Part shown: positions 47,401 to 58,517 of the stretch, one piece after another
Position numbering within the stretch: position 1 is the stretch's first letter
How the letters are laid out: the number at the start of each line of letters is the position of its first letter
Source of the DNA: Botryllus schlosseri
Taxonomy: Eukaryota
DNA length: 64,000 bases
NCBI GenBank assembly: GCA_051294905.1
Contig: CM119374.1
Location: 23,374,001 to 23,438,000, forward strand
Reading direction: 5' to 3'
Made by a program: the position numbers and the translations under genes
Notes under the pieces: generated by a model
The model's input: the letters and a program-made list of their open reading frames with translations, nothing else
Databases searched by the model: none
What the model was told of the DNA's origin: nothing

Positions 47401-50400
47401 AAATTAATCTGTATTGATCTCTCAAAATCTGCCATTGGGCACCAGTCAACTTCCGCCACGCTGTACACTTCGTCACAGTTCACGAGCGCCCACACACCTT
47501 CAATTAATAATTAAAATATTAATCGTGAAGGGTTGCCACGGTTGATTACAGCGACGCAGTGGACATGCAGAACACACATTAGAAGGATTTTTCACAAAAG
47601 AATCACGGTATAATACTAGCTGGATAAAACCAATCAAACACAGGTGTCTAAGCATGTCATCAAATCACCTACCTAAGAAGCAACCTCTAATCAAATCAAG
47701 CAGCAGATGGCTAATGGCTGAATCAATCCTACAGCCACAATTGAGATTGATGACAGTAATTGAGTGATTGCAGTCACTATCAGAAATCTCAAGAGCTACC
47801 GAATCATTGATATAGCGGCAAAAATTTAGGAAGTAATTGGAACATTTGACAACGTATTCTCGACTACAGAAAGTGTGAATTATTTGGACAAGAGGTATAA
47901 TTTAAAAAATCCTACATGAGTGCGTTTGCTTGACTTATTCGCGAGAATTCCTTGCATGCTACAAGAGATCTTTGAGCATTACACGGGAGACAGCAAGAAA
48001 ATGGATCAATCAGAAGCGTTTGGGTAACTTTCACGTTCCATGATCTGGCACCCATACACAGAAAAGGTGAATTTATAGGCAAATTCACAATTTCCAATAG
48101 ACAGCCCCTGCCGATGTATATCTGATGCAGTAGAGAATGTAAGATTGTTGGCACTAATATATATTAAATGCGCTTACTACGGTTTGGCCCAGGAAAATCG
48201 AAAATGCTGACTAGAGGATGTAAGGGTAAGTGATATAAAAGGATATAAAAAGAGATGGATAAGTTTGAAGACTTATCTGAAATAGAAATACATATTACGG
48301 TACGGTTATGGCTCATTACCATGCCGACAGAGTCTTTTGTATCAGCTCACTACGACTTGAAGGTTTATGACAAGTGCGCGTTTAAGTTAACTAATCCTTT
48401 GTTTCTTTACAGCGTAATCATTTATTCAAGTGGGTAACTCATAAATAAGTGGTCTCTGATCGGGAATAATCAATATTCCGGCTTTTCTCATTTCAAGCAT
48501 ATGACAATGTAGCTTAATAATTGAAAATAGGCAGAATGTGCACAGAACCTCGTAAGATATTGTTAAAATCTCGCAATTACACATTTTTGATGCTCCAAAT
48601 ATGTTTTTCATCGTGAAGTAACAAGTATGAATGATATTACATTGTTGAGGTTGAAAACTTAGAGGGGAAAAGCAACTTCCTCTCTCCAGACTATGTCACT
48701 GGTTGTGTGTGTCACTGGTTCAGAAGTCAAAACCTTTGTGCCATTCCATACCTTCTTCTCCCACGGAATCCTGAATGAGTTCGGCGGCATTTCGAATTTC
48801 GTCTTGCTTCGTCACGTCAAGTTGCAGTATAGCTAACGAGGTCGAGCCCCTAGATGCCAGTGACCTAGCCCCGCTACTGTTACAGTCACGACACCCGGCA
48901 AAGACGTTGTATCCTTGTTCATCGAGACGCAACGCCAGCTCGTACGCGTAAGATGACCGCATGTCGCACCCTGTAAATCACGAGTATTTTACTAAAATAC
49001 ATTTACATGCCCAATAAGAGCTAGGCTGTATGTGCTGGCTATGTTGCAGGTAGGGTCTGCTTTCTTTGCATTGGTGTATAAGTTAAGTCTGTTTGAATGA
49101 TTTTTGCAGACACATTCATAAGTATGGTAGTGCTAGAAAAAGCAACACGCCAATAAATGGTCAAGAACTATGCAAATGGACGACCAACGATGGAGTCAGA
49201 CGTGGACAGCGAGTGCTAAGAAAAATGAACTTTTACCGCCTACACAAATTTTACAACCAGTCAGCAAAAATAGTGGCATCAGTCATTCACATGTATGGAC
49301 AGGTTTTTCCATTCAAAGCCCGAAATCCTTATCCAAGCAACTCTGTCGATCCCTTAAGGCATATTGGATTTGCTCAATCAATATTATTAGAACATAGCAT
49401 CATTACACAATAGCTGCATTGTCGCAATGTAAAGACATAGCATATCCTTCAGTAAGGCTTTAAATTCAGGGCACCAAGTAGATTAAATCTGACAATGGTT
49501 CCAAGGGAATTTGCCCAGAGGGATGTCAAAATTCTTAGTACATGTATGCTAAATCCCAACTGTCTATGAAGATCGAGATGTACTTGATTATCTTTTATCA
49601 AATGTTAGATCATTGGCAGTGCATCAAAACACAGCTGTTGAGATTCAACACATTTTCCTTTTGCACCTAAAGTGTACCAATCATAAGATTCATACTAACT
49701 GATGAACAAAATGAGCATGTACAATAGCCTACTATAGATTATTATATACCTCTCAACAAATTAGTGGTGCGATAAAAAATGTTGGGTTCAGTTACGGTTA
49801 AATTACCAATTGAGATTTCATCAATGGCCAAAATTTAGGTGGAGCCTGTTGTAAGTTTAAGCATGTGTGACTTACAGTGAGTAATATGATATTTGTATAG
49901 TTTGGGAGAAAAAAAAATGATTACAAGTGGGATGTTTGACCAAGGCTTATCATCATCCTATGACATCAAGCTTTTTATTTCCTGTGTCGGTATTTTTACA
50001 CAACAAACTTCCTTATTCGCGAAAGGCCATAGAATGGACTGTGCCGCATAAGCAAGCTAAGAGAGTCGAAGTCTTTTAGATCATTTCTAACTAGGATGCC
50101 TCGATCTCAGTTCCAGCTTTGGCTTGTAACCAATATTAATAAAATGTAGTAAAACATTCCCAAGTTTCAGTGCTGTCACGAAATGATATGGGGTTAATTA
50201 CAATTGGGCCCTTCTAAGTAGCCTTCACAAAATTACTTTGCGAGAAAATGGCCAGTCGCCGCGAAACCTACTACTTAAGTAGAACCTGTGTGTTGAAACA
50301 TTTCTAGCAAGCCATTTCGTACTAATCAATGGCCCAATATTAATTTTGTGTATGCTGTACTTAAAACTACTTTCAACTTTGTTTCATTTCCACAGTTTTT

Positions 50401-50930
50401 ATTTTTCAAATCATTGACCCAACTCCAAAATTGCAACTATGATCAAGTAATTCCAGTAATTTATGAAGCAATTTCACCATTTTTGCAAGTAAACTTTTCA
50501 CAGCCATACCGGTAGGCTATACTATGAAGGCACATTTCTACAACACTATTATACACACTGCATGAGTAACAGACGTGTTTCATGAAAAATTTTCAGCGTT
50601 TACAAAGAGCTGACAATAATTATTTGAGACATTCTTACATAACACACGTTATAAAGCCGTTCATTTGTTTGCGACTAATGGGATAGCATTTATCAGATAA
50701 CATGAAATGAGCAATATGTTTGAGTATAGAATGGCACAAAGACGCTAAACATATTCAATTATTCATACTCGTTAAATACCTAATAGATATTTTATAACGT
50801 TCCCCTTCACAGTAATCACATGGTCAATATTAGGCCTAGTACACTCATGAATATGCAAATGAAAAATATTTGATCCTTCAAGAAGAATTCACAAACCTGT
50901 GATAACCACGGTCTTCTGCATCTTGGCCAT
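44428..50930 (-). CDS. Atypical short-chain dehydrogenase/reductase, SDR9C (RDH/HSD17B6/BDH1-like) family, 381 aa
   Basis: Exons 50930-50897 (MAKMQKTVVITG), 48970-48752, 47497-47315, 45748-45614, 45002-44428 (TAG); GT-AG introns, all phase 1; 1146 nt. Family motifs: YNVFAGC, LQLDVT, QINLLGTIRITKALL, RGRIVNLSSIAG, YSMTKFAIEAFSDSLRQEM, VILVEPS, YGDDYF, AVTNGSPKVRYFVG. Confidence 0.9.
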
Positions 50931-52994
50931 TTCTGTTTTACAGGCCTATAAATATGATTTGACCAAGACTGTAAACAGATGTGCATCGTTATTATCTAGG
51001 AATGCACAATTTTATTACTTCTCAAGAGTACTAACCCAAGCAACACATGCCATTGAAATCAATAAGATACTGACACATGAATGACATGTCATGACCATCT
51101 GTTTAAAGCTCAGAATCAGTACTAAACACATTCTCAATGAGCAGACACTTTATCAAAGTACATAAGAGCTAATTGTATAAAAACCGGTCCGACTTCACGA
51201 AGTAGCTTTAGTGCAAAGCAGTTTATTGAGTGTCAGCGGCCACCCAGCTATCCATTGCAAGTCAGCACTATTGATCTGCATAAGCGTAACCATGTCTGTC
51301 ACAGCATTTCCTTTTACAAAGAAATTTACCGTAGTTGTAGCCAAGCCAGAGGAATGATTGAAACATTGTTGAATTGTGGTGTATATTAAGTCAAACAAAA
51401 TTTGCACTACACTAGCACAGTGTGATAAAGCATAATTTCGTCAACATGTCAGAATAGTCTGTAGCCTATTTCATTTCATTCAATTTCATATTAGGACATT
51501 TCATTAGGATAGTTCCATTCTTAGTCTAGGACATTTTTCAATGCATGATTAGTAGAAGTAAAATCGGCAAAACTGTAGGTAGGGGCAATAGCACAGTAGC
51601 AAGTTCGAGCTTCAGAACCGACTAAATTGATACTCATGATGCTTAGTTATATCTATAATTTCATTCATTCGTTTTAATTGCATTTCATCAACTCAAAATA
51701 CCACAAGATTTTGATAAAATGAAAAGATAGGGAGGTGTTCATCCAGACAGCAGACACCCAACTTGACCTAGAACGACTTTGACAAGCCCAAAGTGATACA
51801 AGAACGTCTTATCTTACTGTGAGAAGATTCATTGTTTTCAACCGTATCAAGTATATGCTAACAGCAAGTATCCTATACCAATAAATATCATAAGCAGGCC
51901 GAACCGAGCCTATGAAATAAATTCGTCGCATCATTTTCAAAACTCAGGAACCTACAGAACGTCTGAGACAACACGTAACTTCAACACGCTACAAATCTTA
52001 ATTCCCAGATGTATACAACAACATACGGTAAAACAAACCGGATACGAGTTGGTACGACAGGATGCTTGCTATAAGTTACAAACGTAAACCTATACAAGAC
52101 ACAGGTGGCTAATCACTTCGAGATCTTGAAATTCTATCATTCGAATACTGTTCGACTCAGACACGGGCTCTAAGCTATATTGCCTTCGCCGTTCACACGA
52201 ATATGAATCACGCTCGAATTCGTCACGTTTTCTCAACAACCGGAAGAGTTCGTTTCTCCTATCTCCACGAATCACACTCTCTACTTTCGTCAGACGAAGA
52301 TGAAAACCGATAATTCTCGTCCGCTAGATAGCGATGCTGAGCGACAAAACAGAAAGCGTAAAATGTCGCATTTCCCAGCTTTCCGCAACAGCGACTACCA
52401 CAACAACAGTCAACAACTGAGAGGGCAACAGCGCTTTGGAGTGGCCTGTTGTAGAAATAATATTCGCTGTCGATGCAGTTTCGGGTCCTTTCGAGTTAGT
52501 TCGCGGAGTCCTACACCTGGTCGTCGATGTATCATGTTACTGGTAAGGAGGCATTAGATGCGTACACGTTTTCTGTACACTGTGATCATAGCAATTTACA
52601 ACGCAGCTACGTTGTAAACAGCTATATGCTATGACGATGACCAGTAGATTATAATGAATAGATCGTGTGGGCTCACGAGATCGCACTAACGCAAAAGTCC
52701 ATGCTTTTGATGTTGGGATTCATATAGGTATAACATTGAAGAGCGAATCTGAATGTATGTGAATTGCTTGTCATGTTAGTTCTGGGCTCACAACGGGATT
52801 GCACTGATGCAGAAGTGCATGCTTTTGATGTAGAGATTCATATAGTTATAGATGAAACATTTAAGACCGAACTTGGAATATATATAGGTGTACTGGTAAT
52901 TATTGCTTTTTTAGGGGGGTGGTAATTCGGCCTGGTCAATGAATTTTTCAATTTGAACGTTTTCTGATTTTCCATTGTACTGTATGCAATCTTA

Positions 52995-53990
52995 ATTGCT
53001 CATAATGATGGTTTATTTAGGCTATGAAAAGAAGTGTCCAATGCAGATGTCATGCTTATTTTTCTCTTTGCGGTAGCACATGGACACGTCATCGCCCATC
53101 GGGTGTTCGTGTGAGATACTCGCCAGCTGAATAAAAAATGTCCATTGAAGTATCAACTGCTTACTCACCTCAAATTCTGTAGTGTTGTTCCTTGTGTACA
53201 ATAGATATTGGGTTCCCTTGTCTGTTCCTTGCTCTAGCAAAGCTAAAATGGCCCGTTATAACTGCTGTTCAAACCAATAGTGATGCTTGAATACTTCAGT
53301 TGAAAGATTGCATAAGTTTACCACGTGAGTGTCAGCCGGTTGTTGGGCTTGTGCATGTAACCACTTTAATATGTCCACTGCAGACTCGTTAGTAGCAAGT
53401 GTAATTTGGACTTGTACGAAAATGATTGCTGTCCTTTCTTTAGGAGTGGACAAAATCGAATCACATTAGATTCAAGTTGGGTCCTGGAGATTTAGCTCGA
53501 ATCAAATCACCACTTATCGCGATTTTTCTGGACTGAGATTAACCGCGCAACATCTTTTAATCGAAACATAATTGTAACTTTTATGCTCAGTGGACATTAA
53601 TTAATCATGAATCCTAAATTACACTCACAGTGTTTCGAGCGGCTAAAATAGTCTTACTGAAAGCATGGATAGAGGTAGCCGGGTGTTGGACATATTAATT
53701 CACCTGATTGGAAAGCCAAGGAAACCTTTCCTGGTTTGCGTTCATGATTCCTAACTGTTACACTACATTCTCTTGCACTCAATGTTCAAAGATCATTTGA
53801 CTATCAGATGGAGAAGGATGTGTTGTGGCACTGTCAAATTCATCATTTATGGTCAGGGTAGCTAACATATGGGCAACCTCATTAGCACGAATCAACATAA
53901 TTATTGAGTCTTGAGTGCTTAACTGATGGGAGTGCTGATATCCACTGTCGCCCTAAATCTGATAATTACCAGTAAAGCAGTAATACTGGG
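52995..53990 (-). ncRNA. Putative spliced non-coding snoRNA host transcript
   Basis: Alternating minus-strand splice signals: donor 53969 (GTAATT), acceptor 53755/53751, donor 53703 (GTGAAT), acceptor 53643, donor 53628 (GTGAGT), acceptor 53378, donor 53321 (GTAAAC), acceptor 53234, donor 53168 (GTGAGT), acceptor 53127, AATAAA 53017-53012. The spliced ATG ORF I found is only 33 aa. The last intron (42 nt) is suspiciously short. Confidence 0.4.
53800..53886 (-). ncRNA. Probable box C/D snoRNA with SNORD68-like 28S rRNA guide
   Basis: Minus strand: gcta-ATGAGGT (degenerate C, 53882-53876)...CTGA (D', 53856-53853)-ccataa-ATGATGA (C', 53846-53840)...ATCCTTCTCCAT-CTGA (D, 53807-53804)-tagt. The guide is complementary over 12 nt (two G-U pairs) to the conserved 28S segment GUGGAGAAGGGU (rRNA sequence from memory); the D+5 rule points to the A in GUGG-A-GAAGG. 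A 58-nt form using ATGATGA as box C (TGAC/GTCA stem) is an alternative. Confidence 0.65.
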
Positions 53991-55697
53991 AGGGAGCAAT
54001 CAAAATCACTATGCCCCGGCCCCGGAATATCATTATTCTTGTTCATTCGATTTGTCCATCCTGATTCAAAATCCCTAGTCCTTAGCATCTTATTATTAGC
54101 GGAAGTAATTGGTACCAGTGACATTTTGCCTCTTCCATATTTTCCTTCTCATCTAACATAATTGCCATGACACCCATCATCTCACCCAAATGATTTTGGC
54201 AGTGCAATTATAACTGAAGTTTGTAATCAAGGCTGTCTTCCATTTGTGTAAAATGAGGAAGTGAGAATGTCAAGACTTTACCTAATGATAATCCTACTAG
54301 ACCTACTTTCAAACAGGCTTCCCACCATTCAATTTAGATCTGGGTCAACCTTAGTCTAGCAGGAATTGACCTCCAAAATGTTTGCACAAATGATAAAGCA
54401 AAGCTTTGATTGAAATCTGTTGTCTCCGATTACCGACCTTGTTTCAATGGAATGAGTTCATTTGCAATTAGCCTTTTGGACAATATTTTGCTGAAATATC
54501 AGTTCAGACATGAGTCTGCTGACTCGGTGTGCCGTCTCAACTCGTGAGTGCATCATTTATAGTAGCTCGACCAAGACATCCTGAATTATGACTAGGACAT
54601 CCTGAATTATGACTTGACTATAATGCAACCACGCAATATCATCATAGAATTGAATCGGCATGATTTCTAGATGACGGATCCATTTAAATTTTTTATGTTA
54701 CGTGTTCTAGTATGTTGAAGATTGTTGTTTGTCATTATTGGTGTTCCATTGAATTATTATGGTAATTAAGTTACAATTGACTCATGTGAATTGTTGGAGA
54801 TAGTCTTTTAACTGCTACTGTATTCTGCAATCTGCATATCATAACTTGTTGGGTAGTCTTCAGTGAAATTGGAATTAATTGATACTTAAATCGATGTAAC
54901 AATGTTAATTTTTTTTTCAAATGCATGAAGTAGCATATAAAATACATATTTGAGAGGCAACTTTGGCTAAACTATTCCAAATTATGCATTCCGGTTCCTA
55001 ATAAATGCATTTCTAGTAAATAGTTCAACCTAAGCATTCTATTCATGTGACTTCATTCATCGTTTTTTTGTCACCTGACGAGATCAATAACATCGCTTCA
55101 GGGCATGGAATATCATGACACTTATTATGGATTTTCAGCAACTGTTTGCTCTACCAACAAGTAAATTGCACTGCAGGCTATGTTTGATTTTTGCATGTGA
55201 TCATGTGAATTGAGTCATGTGACGGCTATACAATGCATGCGGTTGCTTGCTTAAAACTGAAAAGCAACTCCCTGATTTGAAACAGTTGCATTTCCTTAAT
55301 TCGGCTGCTGGTGATAGGTGTGTCCAGTTAAATATATTGTTGATTTGATCATCTCAAAATGACACAGGAAGTAGTTGAAAAGACTTGGTGCTGAGGTCTA
55401 ACAATCAAACGACCACACTGAGTTACTGATATGCGAGTGCAGGCATGCACTGAATGAAAATTACCAGAAGATAGCATAAGATTATAAGCATTGTAAAATG
55501 TAAATTAAGTGTATGGTATACATCGATTGGTATGTCTGTGGTTTGGTAATCTCAGGTGCAGAGTGGTATGTATACAGTAGAATCTGTTTGTTTTGTCTTG
55601 AAGTCGACTAGTGTCTGAATCATTTCATGTATACAGCTTTAATTTTGTGTTTACAGTTTATCTTCACCATCAGTATAAGCATAGATTCACCTCAAGT

Positions 55698-56699
55698 ATG
55701 AGGGTCGTTATTCTACTCGCACTGATAGCCGTTGTGTTCGCGTTGCCGCAAAAAGTGCAATTCAAAGAAAGCCTCAAAGAAATTGTGTACACCGTGAACA
55801 GTATCGATTCGAGCTGGCAGGCTGGACACAATTTCGACCCGTCCGTGTATACACTTCAAGACATCGCTGGATTGTGCGGAAGCTTGAAAGGGCCGAAATT
55901 GCCTTACCGTGAACCGCTGTTAGAATACAGCGATATCCCAGACAGCTTTGACGCACGTACGCAATGGCCGGACTGTGAATCAATCCGCGAGGTTCGCGAT
56001 CAAGGAAACTGCGGTTCTTGTTGGGCTTTTGGTGCTGTCGAAGCCATGACTGATAGATACTGTATCGCCAGTGGCGGAAAGTTGAAGCATCACATTTCTG
56101 CGGAAGATCTTTTGAGCTGTTGCGGGTTTGAATGCGGTAGTGGTTGTAATGGTGGATTCCCATCAGGAGCTTGGCATTATTGGAAAAACAGAGGTCTTGT
56201 CACAGGAGGCCAATACGGCACGGGCCAAGGATGTATGCCGTATCAAATCAAACCTTGCGAGCATCACGTTAACGGCACCAGACAGCCTTGCACTGGGGAG
56301 GAACACACTCCTAAATGTTCAACGACGTGTGCAGGCGATGAAACTATCGATTACGGATCTGACAAGCACAAGGGTGTTTCAGCGTACAGCGTGTCATCGC
56401 GAGTGGAGCAGATTCAAATGGAGATCATGACCAACGGGCCTGTCGAAGGAGCGTTCACCGTGTACGCTGATTTTCCCACTTACAAGACGGGCGTGTACAA
56501 GCACGTGACCGGCGGTGAATTGGGTGGGCACGCGATTAAAATCTTGGGATGGGGTACAGAGGAAGGGGACCCATACTGGTTGGTGGCTAACAGCTGGAAC
56601 AGCGACTGGGGCGATCACGGATTCTTCAAGATACTCCGTGGCTCCAACGAGTGTGGTATTGAAGGAGAAATCGTGGCTGGAAAGCCGGATTTGAAGTAG
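55698..56699 (+). CDS. CTSB: Cathepsin B precursor (papain family C1A), single coding exon, 333 aa
   Basis: ATG at 55698 then signal peptide [15 protein letters not shown] and propeptide; [14 protein letters not shown]; catalytic Cys in [11 protein letters not shown]; occluding loop [13 protein letters not shown]; catalytic His in [11 protein letters not shown]; Asn in WLVANSW; TAG at 56697-56699. The longer ORF call from 55611 runs through an upstream splice acceptor at 55656. Confidence 0.97.
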   Translation: MRVVILLALIAVVFALPQKVQFKESLKEIVYTVNSIDSSWQAGHNFDPSVYTLQDIAGLCGSLKGPKLPYREPLLEYSDIPDSFDARTQWPDCESIREVRDQGNCGSCWAFGAVEAMTDRYCIASGGKLKHHISAEDLLSCCGFECGSGCNGGFPSGAWHYWKNRGLVTGGQYGTGQGCMPYQIKPCEHHVNGTRQPCTGEEHTPKCSTTCAGDETIDYGSDKHKGVSAYSVSSRVEQIQMEIMTNGPVEGAFTVYADFPTYKTGVYKHVTGGELGGHAIKILGWGTEEGDPYWLVANSWNSDWGDHGFFKILRGSNECGIEGEIVAGKPDLK

Positions 56700-57284
56700 A
56701 GAGCGTGTACCGCTTGAATCTGTGAAATGAATATTTTTTCCCGATTTTTGGCCTTTTTGAATGAGATGAACATTAGGCTATGTTAGAGCGAGTACCGCTC
56801 GAAATTTGAATCTGATATTTTTGATTTTTTTTTCGCGTGTGTGACTAAGTCGGCCGTTATGTTGAAGTGATCTCGCGGCACGTTACGTGCATTCGCTCGT
56901 TTTATACGTCAATGTTTAGTAGGTTTTTGATCAACATTTTGTCGGATGCAAATTTTACACTTTCGTGGCTATCAGTGTATTTTGGAAGATTTTTATGCTC
57001 CGCAATACACCTCCGTCCACAAAACTTCGTATTCTGCCTTTTCTAATAAGAAGGTGACACACGAGTCTGCTTATAGGAAAATGGAGTTGGGTGGATGTAC
57101 TGTAAAACGCTGATACATCTGAACCAATTGCAGCTATCGGCACTCTTTTAGCTTAGTGGAGGTCAGTACCGAAGGCATCATATCATCACTTGGGTCAATT
57201 ATCATCTTGTCCAGGTACCAGAGGAAGGAACAGTAATATGTGTTGCTTCTCAAGAATTAACGCCGTACTTTTCTATTCCTATAC

Positions 57285-58517
57285 CAGACTCGGACTAGAT
57301 AGTTCTAGTTGTCTAATTTCACCAAATTAGAGCGAAATGCCAGTAATCTAATTTGTGAAATGTTCCTACGATCTAATTCTAGTCTAATTTGTGAAATTTT
57401 CCAGTGCTATAATTTTAATTCTAATTTAATTTATTGTTTTCCTGAAAATGCCTCTTTGTCCGAGGCATTTTGCAGCGAGTTAACAAGAATATCCCTCTCG
57501 CGCATGGAAATCCAGGGCCAAGCCACCATCGCCTTACACATTACATTCCTAGTAGTTATTGTCACGAATAATAGCCTGCTAGGATAGTAGCTTGTAGTCT
57601 GCGAACAACATTCTAGTTTTTAAAACCCTACGTCAGTACAGCGCCGTGCTGACTAACAAGGGCGATGCTCGTGGTTACCACAAAAGAAGTAATATTTATT
57701 AAAGTAGTACAAATACAACAAGAAATATCATGAACATAAACGTTTTTAATTTTATTTTGAACTAGGAGCTGCGAACGATACCCGACAACGCTTTCCAGCG
57801 ACCAATGAATCGATATTTGGGCTAGCCAGAAATGTTACAATCTGAAAAACTATCTCATCTCATCCTAAAGATTGATCCAATGCCGTTTTCATAGCGTCTC
57901 GGTCTTGGCAGTGTCCGGGCCATGGCACGCAAAGGCAATATGCTTATTGATATCAGCTGACTCTCCATCGATGGAATGCTGTTGGCATCGCCGAAGCCTC
58001 TTCAGCTGGTGTGGAATAGTGTTGTTGGGCACAGGCGAAAAACTTATTTTGAAACAACAGCAATAATAATACCTTGAAACTGAAATCAATTTCATCTTTT
58101 CAAAGTGCTTTATTTCGCGTTCTTCCGTAATCTCAAATCAGATCGCTGGGTGCGATTGCCGTGACCTGTGGTGTAGCGCAAAACTAGCCAAGCTTGGTGT
58201 CCAGACGTTAATCATTCTCATGGTTACGGGAATGCACTATGATTTGATATGAACTGATTTTAGCTGTATTTATTTCTCATTCACAATTTCATTAAATTTC
58301 CAAGTTTTTGCGAGTTCAGTAATTCTAATCTAATTTGAAAACAAACTGTGTAGCTCTAATTCTAATTGTAATGTAATTTGGAAAAAGCTGTGTAGCTCTA
58401 ATTCTAATCTAATTTGGAAAAATCTGCGTAGCTCTAATTCTAATCTAATTTGGCAAAAGCTGTGTAGATTTAATTCTAATTCGGAAAAGCTGAAAAATTT
58501 CTAGCTGTCCAAGTCTG
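57285..58517. mobile_element. hAT-type non-autonomous element (~1.23 kb) with subterminal tandem repeats
   Basis: Termini CAGACTCGGAC / GTCCAAGTCTG; flanks TCCTATAC and TCCTATTT (6/8); subterminal arrays of CTAATTCTAATCTAATTTG at ~57340-57430 and ~58320-58490. Confidence 0.7.

Noticed and set aside
52090-52275. 61-aa minus-strand ORF as SDR N-terminal coding exon
   Set aside because: Ends in an in-frame TAG and lacks SDR or signal-anchor features; treated as 5'UTR.
54498-54645. Additional C/D-like boxes (ATGATGC, ATGATGA, CTGA) on the minus strand
   Set aside because: No convincing terminal stem and no rRNA complementarity I could recognise; left for a snoScan run.
55611-55697. N-terminal extension of cathepsin B in the ORF track
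   Set aside because: Non-ATG start crossing a splice acceptor; the signal peptide begins at ATG 55698.
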